Shown here in pieces: positions 20,952-31,278 of a stretch of DNA of 64,000 bases. Numbering within the stretch: the stretch's first letter is position 1; the number at the start of each line of letters is the position of its first letter. A program made the translations under genes and the position numbers. The notes beneath the pieces are model-generated. The model saw only the letters and a list, made by a program, of their open reading frames with translations. It did no database searches and had not been told where the DNA came from. The stretch covers positions 2,106 to 66,105 of the forward strand of contig JBCCCO010000005.1 in assembly GCA_039033475.1 (NCBI GenBank), written 5' to 3'. This stretch comes from Pseudomonadota bacterium (lineage in GTDB: Bacteria > Pseudomonadota > Alphaproteobacteria > Rhizobiales > CBDHHC01).

Positions 20952-21392
20952 TTAAAATGGCTTTACGACAACCAAAATAATGACACCAATCATCAATACA
21001 GTTGGAATTTCGTTTATGTATCTGTAGAAATTCTCAGATTTTGTATTTTTGTCTGCAAAAAAATCTTTGCGCCACTTGCCCAAAACCATATGGAAAATTG
21101 ATAGCAGGACGACCAGAGTTATTTTGGCATGAAGCCAAGGGTCAGAAAACTGATTTTGTTTGTAAGCCAGTAAAAGACCGAAAATCCAGGCAACAATCAT
21201 GGCAGGATTCATGATGATTTTGAGCAGCCTGTATTCCATGATCTTGAATGTTTCGGATAGTTCTGAACCTATTGCAGCTTTGGCGTGGTAAACAAATAAT
21301 CTTGGTAGGTAGAGTAGACCTGCCATCCAAGCGATGATGGCAATCACATGAATTGCTTTTGTCCAAAGAGCCCAATCTACACTGCTGTCCAT
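20952..21392 (-). CDS. hemJ: Protoporphyrinogen IX oxidase HemJ
   Basis: This is a 146-aa four-TM protein with HVIAIIAWMAGLLYLPRLFVYH. It sits next to hemE. Confidence 0.8.
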   Translation of the reverse strand: MDSSVDWALWTKAIHVIAIIAWMAGLLYLPRLFVYHAKAAIGSELSETFKIMEYRLLKIIMNPAMIVAWIFGLLLAYKQNQFSDPWLHAKITLVVLLSIFHMVLGKWRKDFFADKNTKSENFYRYINEIPTVLMIGVIILVVVKPF

Positions 21393-21497
21393 AATATTTT
21401 ACTCAAAAGTTAGTTTTCAATTTTTTGTTAACCTGATTCTTGCTCGGAGTCTTAAAAAAAATTTGGGTGTGTTTTTGAATGTGTATTTGTTTGAGTT

Positions 21498-22553
21498 TTA
21501 GGAACTCTGACGAATGCGTTTGACCAATTGTTCGACATGGGAGATTGGGGTTTGAGGTAAGATGCCGTGGCCGAGGTTGAAGATAAACGGGCCGTTTGAA
21601 AGGTTTTGCAAAATTTCGTCAATGCGTTTGTCGAGAGCTTGACCGCCTGAAACGAGGAGTAAGGGGTCGAGATTACCTTGTACGGCAACCCTATTTTGCA
21701 GGCGGCTTTGGATGAATGTGAGCGGGAGTGCAGTGTCGCAGCTCACTGCGTTAACTTTGGTCATGGCTACAAATTCTGGATACTTTGGGCCAATGCCTTT
21801 TGGAAAACCGATGACGGGGATGTTTGGGTGACGTGCTTTGAGTTGGCTGACAATTTGTTCGGTTGATTTGATAACCCATTTTCTGAATTCGTCATCGGGG
21901 AGATTGCCAGCCCAACTGTCAAAAATTTGGATCGCATTTGCGCCTGCTTTGATTTGGCCAGAGAGGTAATCAACTGAGGTGAATACCAAGATTTCGATGA
22001 GTTTTTTGAATAGTTTGGGTTTTTGATAGGCGAACAGTCTGGTGGTGGCTTGATCAGGTGATCCTTTGCCACCGATCATGTATGTGGCAACAGTCCATGG
22101 CGCACCGCAAAAACCGATGAGCGCGGTTTCTTTGGGTAGGTTTTCGCGTATTAGGCTAACGCTTTCGTAGATTAAATCAAATTTTGGTTTGGTTTTTTCT
22201 GGTTTTAGGGCGGTGATGTCTTTTTGGGTTTCCAGGGGGGTTAGTTTGGGGCCCTCTCCTGGGATGAAGGAGACGGTTTGTCCAAGGGCGTCTGGAACAA
22301 CGAGGATGTCTGAAAATAGAATTGCAGCATCAAAGCCAAAGCGTTTGATCGGTTGTAGGGTGACTTCGCATGCGAGTTTTGGATTGTAGCACAGGTCAAG
22401 GAAGGAGCCTGCTTGCTCACGGGTTTTAAGATATTCTGGTAGGTAACGGCCAGCCTGGCGCATCAACCAAATGGGTGGAGGAAATACACTTTCGTGCTCG
22501 AGAACTTTGAGAAAGAATGACTTTGAGGTGTTTTGCGATGAGCGCGTTTTCAA
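21498..22553 (-). CDS. hemE: Uroporphyrinogen decarboxylase
   Basis: The ORF is 351 aa with PPIWLMRQAGRYLPEY. It appears to use a TTG start. Confidence 0.95.
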   Translation of the reverse strand: MKTRSSQNTSKSFFLKVLEHESVFPPPIWLMRQAGRYLPEYLKTREQAGSFLDLCYNPKLACEVTLQPIKRFGFDAAILFSDILVVPDALGQTVSFIPGEGPKLTPLETQKDITALKPEKTKPKFDLIYESVSLIRENLPKETALIGFCGAPWTVATYMIGGKGSPDQATTRLFAYQKPKLFKKLIEILVFTSVDYLSGQIKAGANAIQIFDSWAGNLPDDEFRKWVIKSTEQIVSQLKARHPNIPVIGFPKGIGPKYPEFVAMTKVNAVSCDTALPLTFIQSRLQNRVAVQGNLDPLLLVSGGQALDKRIDEILQNLSNGPFIFNLGHGILPQTPISHVEQLVKRIRQSS

Positions 22554-22979
22554 AGATTAATCCCTATAAAAAATATAATTTAAAATTTTAAAGATTTCTT
22601 TTTCTTTTATTAGGCTATGGATATTGAATATTAATTTTTAAGACAGGATTTTCCACAGTTTGCCCCATGTGAAAAAAGTAAAGTCTATATCTATAGGTTT
22701 CTTTGTTTATAGCTACTAGATATGAGAAAAACATATTCGCGATCAACGTATTAATCAATGGCCTGGCTATAAAAATATGGTATTTTTTTTGTTTACGAGC
22801 TTTTGATAACTTTTAATAAGATGTGTTTTAGGATTTAATAGGGATAAGTCTAAATTTTTTTGCACAGGCTTAAATATGTGTACATCTTAGAGGATAAAAA
22901 TTTAGGACATGGGAGTAATTTTCGTCAGTATAGATATTGATGCGATATATGGTGATGTTATGCATGGGTTATACCCATA
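22554..22979. other. Candidate chromosomal replication origin (oriC) in the hemE / DUF299 intergenic region
   Basis: The gap is 426 bp, AT-rich and non-coding, at the position of Cori in Caulobacter and of the hemE-linked origins in Rickettsia and Rhizobiales. It contains one DnaA-box-like TTTTCCACA (22649-22657). Gene orientation diverges here. Confidence 0.5.
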
Positions 22980-23831
22980 ATGAACAGAGAACCTTCGCGC
23001 TATTTTCATCTTCATTTGGTTTCGGATTCAACCGGTGAGACGCTTACTGCAATTTCTAAGGCGGCTTCGGTTCAATACTCCTTTATTCATGTTATTGAGC
23101 ATGTCCATCCTTTGGTGCGCACCAAACGTCAGCTTGAGCGGGTGTTACAGGATATCGATGCTTCTCCTGGGATTGTTCTTTATACAATTGTCAGTGAAGA
23201 ACTTGGGATACAGCTTGAAGAGAGTTGTAAAGCCTTGAATATTCCATGTGTTGCTGTCTTAAAGCCGGTTATGGAAACGTTTGAAAATTATTTTGGAGCT
23301 CCTTCCAAGCCTAAAGTTGGGGGGCAGCATGTGCTGAATTCTGAGTATTTTAGGCGCATGGAAGCTCTCAATTTTACGATGATGCATGATGATGGGAATT
23401 TGCCGGAAAATTTAAAGGAAGCGGATATTGTTCTTGTTGGTATTAGCCGGACATCAAAAACGCCAACGAGTATTTATCTTGCAAACCGAGGGTTTAAAGC
23501 TGCTAATTTGCCACTGGTGCCAGATTTGCCGATATCATCTGATATTGAAGAGCGGTTGAAAGATACTTTTGTTGTGGGATTGATTGCCAGCCCGGAGCGA
23601 ATTTCACAAATCAGGCGCAACCGTGTGGACATTATGACATCTCAAGGGTTGGAGCTTAAAGATTACGTTGATAGAGATTTGATAGCTCGCGAGATCGCTT
23701 ATACACGGCGGCTATGTTCGAAGAATAATTGGCCAATTATTGATGTTACCCGCCGGTCAATTGAGGAAACAGCTGCAGCCATTATCAAACTTCACTCAGA
23801 TAAAAATATAGCCGAGAAAGCCTTTATGTAA
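22980..23831 (+). CDS. Pyruvate,phosphate dikinase / PEP synthase regulatory protein (DUF299, RP001/CC0001 homolog)
   Basis: The ORF is 283 aa with an HLVSDSTGET N-terminus and P-loop-like GISRTSKTP. Confidence 0.85.
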   Translation: MNREPSRYFHLHLVSDSTGETLTAISKAASVQYSFIHVIEHVHPLVRTKRQLERVLQDIDASPGIVLYTIVSEELGIQLEESCKALNIPCVAVLKPVMETFENYFGAPSKPKVGGQHVLNSEYFRRMEALNFTMMHDDGNLPENLKEADIVLVGISRTSKTPTSIYLANRGFKAANLPLVPDLPISSDIEERLKDTFVVGLIASPERISQIRRNRVDIMTSQGLELKDYVDRDLIAREIAYTRRLCSKNNWPIIDVTRRSIEETAAAIIKLHSDKNIAEKAFM

Positions 23832-24439
23832 TGGAAAAATTGATACTCGCTTCTGCAAGCAAAGCCCGGTCTATGATTTTAAAGAACGCTGGTTTGCAAT
23901 TTGATATTATTCCGGCAAACGTTGACGAGGCGGGTCTGCGTTCATCTTTCATAGAAGGTGCAGAGGGGGCTTTGGCCGAAGATGATATGGGGGATATTGC
24001 CCAGATTTTGGGGGTTGCCAAAGCCAAAGCAGTCTCTTCTGATCATCCAGGATATGTGATTGGCGCTGATCAAATTCTTGCCCTTGGGTGCAGGGTTTTT
24101 GAAAAGCCTAAAACGTTAGAAGAGGCTGAGGAAACACTTTTTTTGCTGCGGGGGAAAGAACATGTTCTCTATAGTTCGGTGTGTGTTGCCCGTGACGGTG
24201 ATGTGATCTGGCATTATGGTGACCGGGCTAAAATGAAAATGCGAAATTTTAGTCCAGAGTTTGTAAGCTCTTATTTAGAGACTTGTGGAGAGCAGGTATG
24301 TCAGTCTGTTGGAGCTTATCAAATTGAAGGTTTTGGCATTCAGCTTTTTTCTGAAATTCGTGGTGATTATTTTACGATACTCGGATTGCCGGTTTTGCCT
24401 TTGTTGCGATTCTTGCGCCAATCAGATGTGATTTCATGA
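23831..24439 (+). CDS. maf: Maf-like nucleoside triphosphate pyrophosphatase
   Basis: The ORF is 202 aa with an LILASASxxR N-terminus and GAYxIEG near the C-terminus. Confidence 0.9.
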   Translation: MEKLILASASKARSMILKNAGLQFDIIPANVDEAGLRSSFIEGAEGALAEDDMGDIAQILGVAKAKAVSSDHPGYVIGADQILALGCRVFEKPKTLEEAEETLFLLRGKEHVLYSSVCVARDGDVIWHYGDRAKMKMRNFSPEFVSSYLETCGEQVCQSVGAYQIEGFGIQLFSEIRGDYFTILGLPVLPLLRFLRQSDVIS

Positions 24440-25302
24440 TGATAAATGTTGATAATGGTTCTGTGCGCAAAGCTTGTCTATTGGGCTGGCCGGTTGCGCA
24501 TTCCAGATCGCCGCTCATTCATAATACCTGGCTTAAAGGTTTTGGGATCAATGGCGTTTATGATAAACGGGCAGTGGCTCCTGAAAATTTTGCTCAATTT
24601 TTAAAGCATGATTTGAGATCTCTTGGGTATGTGGGGGCGAATGTGACTGTCCCGCATAAAGAAGCTGCCTTTCATCTTGCTGATAAAAAAGATGATATGG
24701 CACATGCCGTGCAAGCCGCTAATACCTTGTGGTTTGAGGGAGATGTGCTTTGTGCCTCAAATACTGATGTTTATGGATTTATATCTTATTTGCAAGTGTG
24801 CGCGCCGCTATGGGCAAAGACGCAGCGACCAGTTGTGGTGCTTGGAGCTGGCGGTGCTGCGCGGGCAATTGTTTATGGGCTGTTACAAGAACATGTTTGC
24901 GAATTGCGTTTGCTCAATAGGACACGAACAAAAGCTGAAGAATTGGAGGGTTTTTTTGAGGGGCCTATTCGTGTTTTTGACTGGCAAGAGCGAGATGATG
25001 CGCTCAAAGACTGTGGACTATTGGTCAATACAACAAGTCTTGGCATGACGGGGAAGCCAGAGTTGCTGATTAATTTGGATGGGCTTGCAGAACATAGTGT
25101 TGTTTTTGATATTGTATATGCCCCGCTTGAGACAGGTTTGCTTAAGCAAGCAAAGGTCAAGGGACATATTGGCGTTGATGGATTGGGGATGTTATTGCAT
25201 CAGGCGGTTCCTGGGTTTCACAAGTGGTTTGATGTCAAACCAGAGGTGACAGAGGAGCTATATGATTGTGTTGTTAAAGATTTAATGCGCGTAGAGATTT
25301 AG
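24436..25302 (+). CDS. aroE: Shikimate dehydrogenase
   Basis: The ORF is 288 aa with the SRSPLIHN, NVTVPHK and GAGGAARA motifs. Confidence 0.92.
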   Translation: MMINVDNGSVRKACLLGWPVAHSRSPLIHNTWLKGFGINGVYDKRAVAPENFAQFLKHDLRSLGYVGANVTVPHKEAAFHLADKKDDMAHAVQAANTLWFEGDVLCASNTDVYGFISYLQVCAPLWAKTQRPVVVLGAGGAARAIVYGLLQEHVCELRLLNRTRTKAEELEGFFEGPIRVFDWQERDDALKDCGLLVNTTSLGMTGKPELLINLDGLAEHSVVFDIVYAPLETGLLKQAKVKGHIGVDGLGMLLHQAVPGFHKWFDVKPEVTEELYDCVVKDLMRVEI

Positions 25303-25312
25303 ATTTTTACTT

Positions 25313-25963
25313 ATGCTTATTGTTGGACTTACCGGTTCTTTGGGGATGGGCAAGAGCACTGTCGCCAAAAGATTTATTGATCATGGCATTGCTGTTTTTG
25401 ATGCTGACCAGTCTGTGCATGATCTTTATCGAGGGGCTTTGGTTGATGATATTGCTGCTCTTTTTCCTAAGGTTGTGGTCGAGGGGAAGATTGATAGATC
25501 TCGTTTGTCAAAACATTTACGCTCTGGAAGTAAAGCCGAGAATGAGGAGAATTTTGCAAAATTAGAAGCTGTTGTTCATCCCAAAGTTCGAGACATGGAA
25601 CAAGAGTTTTTGTTACAGTGTTACAATAAAAATGCATTGATAGCTGTGCTTGAAGTACCGCTTTTATTTGAAACTGGATTGGATCAGCTTGTCGATGTTA
25701 CGGTTGTTGTTTCTGCACCACCTAAGATACGAGATCAGCGGGTGTTTGCATCGCGGCCCGATTTGAGCAAAGATAAGCTTAGGACTTTGATTGCAAAACA
25801 GATGCCTGATGAAGATAAGCGTACTCTTGCTGATTATGTGATTGATACGAGCGGTGATATTGCTCAAACGTATGCATATGTTGACGATCTTATTCTGACT
25901 TTGAAGGATGAGGCTAAACAAGACCTTGGTGGTCATGCTTTGCAAGAATGGGGTATTGGTTAA
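25313..25963 (+). CDS. coaE: Dephospho-CoA kinase
   Basis: The ORF is 216 aa with P-loop GLTGSLGMGKST. Confidence 0.92.
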   Translation: MLIVGLTGSLGMGKSTVAKRFIDHGIAVFDADQSVHDLYRGALVDDIAALFPKVVVEGKIDRSRLSKHLRSGSKAENEENFAKLEAVVHPKVRDMEQEFLLQCYNKNALIAVLEVPLLFETGLDQLVDVTVVVSAPPKIRDQRVFASRPDLSKDKLRTLIAKQMPDEDKRTLADYVIDTSGDIAQTYAYVDDLILTLKDEAKQDLGGHALQEWGIG

Positions 25964-25979
25964 ATTTAATGGGGGTAGG

Positions 25980-26675
25980 ATGCGTGAAATTGTACTGGAT
26001 ACGGAGACCACGGGGCTGAGCCCAAAAGGGGGGGACCGTATTGTCGAAATAGGATGTGTTGAGCTTATCAATCACTTTCCATCAGGGCGGACATATCATG
26101 AATATTTAAATCCGGAGCGGGATATGCCTGTAGATGCTTACAAGGTTCATGGGCTATCGGGTGAATTTTTATCTGATAAGCCGTTATTTAAAGATTTGGC
26201 AGATGGGTTTTTGGATTTTATTGAGGGGGCCGTGCTTGTCATTCACAATGCAAGTTTTGATGTTTCCTTCTTGAATATGGAGTTGAAACGCGTTGTCAAA
26301 CCTTTGATTTCTATGGATCAGGTTATTGATACGCTGGCGTTGGCGCGGCGCAAACACCCTGGCGCGCAAAATAATCTTGACGCGCTTTGTCGGCGTTACA
26401 AAATAGACAATTCAAGTCGCCAAAAACACGGGGCATTGCTCGATTCTGAGATTTTGGCTCAGGTCTATGCAGAACTTATTGGCAGTACGCAGGGTCATTT
26501 ATCTCTTTCAAAAGAAGCTCAAAACACGACAGAAAAGACAGTCAAAAGCTATCAAGCAAAACAACGTGAGAACGCCTTAAGTCAACGTCTTACGGATGAG
26601 GAACGGGCTGCTCATCAGTCTTTTCTGTCTGAAGAATTTGGTGATGACGCTATTTGGCAAAAATATATGAAGTAA
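25980..26675 (+). CDS. dnaQ: DNA polymerase III epsilon subunit (3'-5' exonuclease)
   Basis: Exo motifs DTETTG and HNASFD are present. The start is taken at MREIVLD (25980) rather than the ORF-track start at 25908. Confidence 0.92.
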   Translation: MREIVLDTETTGLSPKGGDRIVEIGCVELINHFPSGRTYHEYLNPERDMPVDAYKVHGLSGEFLSDKPLFKDLADGFLDFIEGAVLVIHNASFDVSFLNMELKRVVKPLISMDQVIDTLALARRKHPGAQNNLDALCRRYKIDNSSRQKHGALLDSEILAQVYAELIGSTQGHLSLSKEAQNTTEKTVKSYQAKQRENALSQRLTDEERAAHQSFLSEEFGDDAIWQKYMK

Positions 26676-26693
26676 AATTTTTGCTCATCCGTT

Positions 26694-27164
26694 TTAATTT
26701 ATCATTTGTTTTGATTTGATCTCATCGCTCATGTTTTGTTTATACAATGCAGCAAAATCTATCGGGTCAAGCTGTAAGGGAGGGAAGCTTCCCTCTTGGG
26801 TCATTTGTAATATCAAAGCTCTTACAAACGGAAAAATATAGTTCGGGCAGGTAATCATCAAAATTTGTTGTAATGCTTTTTCTTGAATGTTTTTTAGTTG
26901 AAAAAGGCCAGCATAGGCAAGCTCAACTTTATAGATAAAGTGCTTTTCACTTTTTGCATCCGCTGTGAATTCCAGTACCACTTCAAATATGTCATCTTTT
27001 ATTTTTCTGCCATTCACCCCGATTTCGATCTGGATATTGGGATTTTCTCCAGGTTGTTCCAGGCTTTGGGGGGCATTGGGGTTTTCAAAGGAGAGATCTT
27101 TTAGGTATTGACCTATCATACTGATTTGCATGTGAGTGTTTTGATCGTGTTCATCTTGTTGCAT
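26694..27164 (-). CDS. secB: Protein-export chaperone SecB
   Basis: The ORF is 156 aa with a SecB-like pattern (YLKDLSFENP..., CPNYIFPF). Confidence 0.9.
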   Translation of the reverse strand: MQQDEHDQNTHMQISMIGQYLKDLSFENPNAPQSLEQPGENPNIQIEIGVNGRKIKDDIFEVVLEFTADAKSEKHFIYKVELAYAGLFQLKNIQEKALQQILMITCPNYIFPFVRALILQMTQEGSFPPLQLDPIDFAALYKQNMSDEIKSKQMIN

Positions 27165-27175
27165 AATGGTTATTT

Positions 27176-27694
27176 CTAAGTTTTCGGGGGTTGATTTTCT
27201 GAATTTGGAAGCTGTAAAGGGGCTTTGGCTTTTTCTGATGTCTCATTTTGATTTTCATTGATTACGGTGTAGTCTTCAAAGTCAACAATAGTTTCATTGT
27301 TTGATGTTTTTTTGCTTGTAAAGGTTTTATCAAATTTTTTTGATTTTAATAGTGTTGTTATGAGTCTTTTGCTGCTCCATCTGCGTAAAGGTGTAATGAA
27401 TGTTATAACTCCTAGGAGGTCGGTTATCAGTCCTGGAATGATCAGCAATACACCTGCTAATCCTATCAAGACGGTTTCTAGAATTGAATCAAGTGGAATT
27501 TGTCCTTGATTTAAGGTGTGTTGTGCTTCCTTTAGGGCTGAAAATCCCTGACGTTTTACCAGCATGATCCCGAGTATCGCAGTTAGAATGATATTGATTA
27601 TTACAGGCAAAACGCCAATATATTGGCCTATGTAAATTAATAGACTAAGTTCAGTGAGTGCTGTTGCTATGAATATGATTGCTGATTTTGACAT
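27176..27694 (-). CDS. fxsA: FxsA family membrane protein
   Basis: The ORF is 172 aa with the typical FxsA N-terminal TM pair and the LLIIPGLITD motif. Confidence 0.8.
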   Translation of the reverse strand: MSKSAIIFIATALTELSLLIYIGQYIGVLPVIINIILTAILGIMLVKRQGFSALKEAQHTLNQGQIPLDSILETVLIGLAGVLLIIPGLITDLLGVITFITPLRRWSSKRLITTLLKSKKFDKTFTSKKTSNNETIVDFEDYTVINENQNETSEKAKAPLQLPNSENQPPKT

Positions 27695-28015
27695 GGTTCT
27701 CTATAGAAGCTGAGGTTGCTATTGTGATCAAAGCTTTAGTAGACGGCAAAAAAGACAGGTGCTATTAATAGGATTAGAAAGTTTTATTTTGAGATGTATT
27801 GATCTCTTTGATCGTAAAGACATTTTGATTTATCCAAATTTTCGTATATTTATATTATTTTCTAGTATGAAAACATATTAAAAAGAGAAAAGACGAATTT
27901 CATGTAGAGCATATATCATATTAGCAATGAGTGATTATACTTCCTGAAATCAATATAATATTATGACATATGTGCTTTTTTGAAGTGCATTGTAATTTGA
28001 TGGGGTGCCAAGACA

Positions 28016-28738
28016 TTGGGCGATTATATTACACTCTTATTCCTTGTAATTGCTGTTGTTATCTTTTTTAGACTAAGGAGCGTGCTTGGAAGACGTACTG
28101 GCCATGAACGCAGTCCGCTAGATTATCAGTCACAAAGTGACCGAGACACGGATAATGACACATACGGTAAAGACAATGTTGTTGCTTTGCCAAAATCACA
28201 CGGAAAGTACAAGCAAAAGTCAGGGGCTGAAGCTGATAAGCAGGATCTGGATGAGCTTATCCGTAATCATGCACAGCCTGGAACTGAACTTGAGGCGGGT
28301 TTGAAAGCGCTCATTGCGCGTGATTCCCTGTTTGACCCATCTGAGTTTCTTGTGGGTGCTAAAACAGCTTATGAGATGATTGTTGTTGCTTATTCTGAAG
28401 GGAACAAAAACAGTCTTAAGCCTTTGCTGAGCCCGGATGTTTATGATGGTTTTGTTGAAGAAATTGATAACAGGAATGAACGAGACGAAGTGATGGACTC
28501 AAGCTTTGTTGGTATTAACAAAGCAGTGTTGATGGAAGCTGAGCTTAAAAACAATGATGCGCTCGTTACAGTGAAATTTGTGAGTGAGATGATTATTGCT
28601 GTCCGCAATACGGAAGGAAAAATTCTTTCTGGAGATCCAAAGAAAATTATTGATGTCACCGATATTTGGACATTTTCCCGTGATGTAACATCTAAAGATC
28701 CGAACTGGAAACTTATAGGGACAGGAACAGAAAATTAA
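28016..28738 (+). CDS. Tim44-like domain membrane protein
   Basis: The ORF is 240 aa with an N-terminal TM and a C-terminal Tim44-like fold pattern (W.F.RD....PNWKL). It uses a TTG start. Confidence 0.75.
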   Translation: MGDYITLLFLVIAVVIFFRLRSVLGRRTGHERSPLDYQSQSDRDTDNDTYGKDNVVALPKSHGKYKQKSGAEADKQDLDELIRNHAQPGTELEAGLKALIARDSLFDPSEFLVGAKTAYEMIVVAYSEGNKNSLKPLLSPDVYDGFVEEIDNRNERDEVMDSSFVGINKAVLMEAELKNNDALVTVKFVSEMIIAVRNTEGKILSGDPKKIIDVTDIWTFSRDVTSKDPNWKLIGTGTEN

Positions 28739-28936
28739 ATTCTTTTTATATTTACAATATATTGAACTTTTTGTTACTAGAGAATATTAGCTTAAAGTGC
28801 GTTAACCATTTATGTTGTAGTATTTCTAAAAACGAGCAATTTTAGCTCAAGACCGACGTGTGGATACAGGTAAAGTGCATCAAGGTTTATAATGCTTTGA
28901 TATAAGTATGAAATAGTCTGGTTTGGTAGTGCTGAC

Positions 28937-30163
28937 GTGATTCGTTTTTTTGTTTTTTCCTTGTTGCTTGTTCTTGGTGCCTGTGCCCAACCTGAGATGC
29001 TCTTGATATCTAAAGATACCCCTTCAAATAACGTTGTGAAGACTTCTCTTCCTCAACAGAAGAAATTGCCAAAGGGTGTGCGATTTCATCCGGTTTCTTT
29101 TTCTGATCTGCCTGGTTGGCGTAAGGATGATCATAAGGCCGCGTTTTTGGCTTTCCGTCGTTCTTGCGAGAAAATCATGTCTTCTCAAGTTCGTGTTGCG
29201 GGTTTGGGGGAAAAATCGAAGTTTAAGGCGATGTCACGTGCTTGTCTTGAATTACAGAAATTTAAAAAAATGCCAGAGCGAAATGCCGCTAGACGTTTTT
29301 TTGAGACACATTTTCAGCCACACAAAATTGTTGTTTCGCGCAAAGGTGTGCGCAGTTTACTGACCGGCTATTATGAGCCTATTTTGCAAGGCTCACGCGT
29401 TCGAACAAAAAGATTTTATGTTCCGATTTATAAAAAGCCTGCGGATTTGATTTCCCTGAGTCGGGAAGATAGGAAGAATAAAAACCTTAAAGGGCTGACC
29501 ATGGGCCGTAAAACGGCACGTGGGATTCGCCCTTATTACACTCGTGAAGAGATTGATAAGGGGAGGCTCAAAGGCGAAGGCGTAGAGTTGCTTTATCTAG
29601 ATGATGAAGTAGACGCTTTCTTTTTGCAAATTCAAGGTTCTGGCCGTATTCGTTTTAAAAATGGAACACATGCACGGGTTAATTTTGCAGCACGTAATGG
29701 TTACCCTTATAGCTCCATTGGGCGTTATATGTTGGCTAAGGGTTTGGTTAAACGCTCTAATGCGTCTTTGGCTTCAATGAAAAAATACCTTCGTGCTAAT
29801 ATCAAAAAACGTCGAAAAATCTTATGGCAAAATAAATCTTACATTTTCTTTAGAGAATTGAATAATTATAAAAGCAAAGATGGACCGATGGGCGCTATGG
29901 GTGTGCCTTTAACCTCAGGACGGTCACTTGCTGTTGATACCCGTTATCATCAACTTGGCACACCAATATACGTTGTTTCTCCTAAGTTAAAATCTCATAG
30001 AAAAAATGGTTTTCGGCGGCTGATGGTAGCTCAGGATGTGGGGTCTGCTATCAAGGGTCCTCAGCGTGGTGATATTTATTGGGGCTCTGGTAAAAAAGCT
30101 GGTCAAATTGCGGGGCGGACAAAAAGTGCAGGTCAGTTCTTTGTTCTTTTGCCAAAACGTTAG
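28937..30163 (+). CDS. mltA: Membrane-bound lytic murein transglycosylase A
   Basis: The ORF is 408 aa with a lipoprotein signal (LGAC) and the MltA/3D-domain motifs LTGYYEP and FFLQIQGSGR. Confidence 0.9.
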   Translation: MIRFFVFSLLLVLGACAQPEMLLISKDTPSNNVVKTSLPQQKKLPKGVRFHPVSFSDLPGWRKDDHKAAFLAFRRSCEKIMSSQVRVAGLGEKSKFKAMSRACLELQKFKKMPERNAARRFFETHFQPHKIVVSRKGVRSLLTGYYEPILQGSRVRTKRFYVPIYKKPADLISLSREDRKNKNLKGLTMGRKTARGIRPYYTREEIDKGRLKGEGVELLYLDDEVDAFFLQIQGSGRIRFKNGTHARVNFAARNGYPYSSIGRYMLAKGLVKRSNASLASMKKYLRANIKKRRKILWQNKSYIFFRELNNYKSKDGPMGAMGVPLTSGRSLAVDTRYHQLGTPIYVVSPKLKSHRKNGFRRLMVAQDVGSAIKGPQRGDIYWGSGKKAGQIAGRTKSAGQFFVLLPKR

Positions 30164-30211
30164 GGTGTGTCTCTCATTCTATTCCTATGAACCGAATTAA
30201 GGGGCTCTAAT

Positions 30212-30354
30212 TAAGCCCAGTTATGGATAAGGGAAAAAAATACCTCCGTCATTCCAGCCAGAAAATAGTTATTTTGTTTTAGATTCCAGCTTTCACTGGA
30301 ATGACAAACGGAGTTTATCTTGATAAAATCAAACCATTTAAAAGTTGGATCAGT
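30212..30354. repeat. Hairpin-repeat locus R6: inverted C, half inverted A, spacer, A hairpin, D tail
   Basis: TAAGCCCAGTTATGGATAAGGG...CCGTCATTCCAGCC is followed by AGATTCCAGCTTTCACTGGAATGAC (30281-30305) and then D. Confidence 0.85.
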
Positions 30355-30394
30355 TATATTTACGGATGGTGTTTTATTACAATTTTTGTGAAAA

Positions 30395-31072
30395 ATGAGT
30401 AGACCTTCTAAAGAAAAAGATTCCAAACAAAAGCAAGATCTTAGTGCTCTTAATTCTGAAGATGCGAAGGTTTGGGAGCGTTTTGCGTCTTCTGTTGACC
30501 CGCTTCGAAATCAAGATACTCCGTCACCATCTAAGACCTCTCAAAGTGTTTCTGCTCAAGATCAAAAGTCAGAGTTTGCGCAGTTGTTATCGGAGGAGCA
30601 TTCGGGGGTAAATCGGGCTGTTGTTAAAGATAATAAAGACGTTCCTGTGAAAGTGGATGTTTCTCGAAAAAAGCCCCAAAAACCAAAACCTATTCCTGAA
30701 TTGACGTCTTTTAATACCAAGGATTATCGCAAGGTTGGGCGGCAACAGCATGAGATTGATGCCACTTTGGACTTACATGGGTATCGTCAAGATCAGGCTT
30801 ATACCAAGCTCAAAAGGTTTTTAGTACATGCGCAAACTATCGGTGCGCGTTATGTTTTGGTGATTACTGGAAAAGGGCGGCAGAAGTCTTCTTATGAGGA
30901 TGATGATCTCTATCTGCAAAGTTCATCGCAATATGGTGTGCTGCGCCAAGCTGTTCCGCAATGGTTACAAGAAGATGAGTTTCGCAAATGTGTTGTTGGT
31001 TTCGCACCCGCTCATGGCCATAATGGAGGGGAGGGGGCGCTTTATGTCCATATCAGGAAGAAGAAAGCGTGA
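30395..31072 (+). CDS. Smr-domain protein
   Basis: The ORF is 225 aa with a low-complexity N-terminus and a C-terminal Smr domain (LDLHG....A, VITGKG). Confidence 0.8.
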   Translation: MSRPSKEKDSKQKQDLSALNSEDAKVWERFASSVDPLRNQDTPSPSKTSQSVSAQDQKSEFAQLLSEEHSGVNRAVVKDNKDVPVKVDVSRKKPQKPKPIPELTSFNTKDYRKVGRQQHEIDATLDLHGYRQDQAYTKLKRFLVHAQTIGARYVLVITGKGRQKSSYEDDDLYLQSSSQYGVLRQAVPQWLQEDEFRKCVVGFAPAHGHNGGEGALYVHIRKKKA

Positions 31073-31098
31073 TTGCGTTTGGTTATAAAAAACTATAG

Positions 31099-31242
31099 CT
31101 GGTTCAACCTAAAATGGTTTATTTTTATCAAGATGCTCTCAATTTGTCATTCCAGCGAAAGCTGGAATCTTTAAATATCAGTATGTTGCAAGTTCCAGAG
31201 ATCCCGGCTCGCGTGCATTAGATGCACTTGGCCGGGATGACG
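31099..31242. repeat. Hairpin-repeat locus R7 (inverted): D, A, spacer, B extended hairpin
   Basis: GTCATTCCAGCGAAAGCTGGAATCT lies at 31146-31170. CCAGAGATCCCGGCTCGCGTGCATTAGATGCACTTGGCCGGGATGACG lies at 31195-31242. Confidence 0.9.
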
Positions 31243-31278
31243 ATTTGTATTTTGCTCTTTCGGGCTTAACTCTCTAAA

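Noticed and set aside
22554-22979. CtrA (TTAA-N7-TTAA) and CcrM (GANTC) sites in the putative origin
   Set aside because: I scanned the gap by eye and found no exact TTAA-N7-TTAA or GANTC. The origin call therefore rests on synteny and AT-richness, and I make no claim of Caulobacter-type cell-cycle control.
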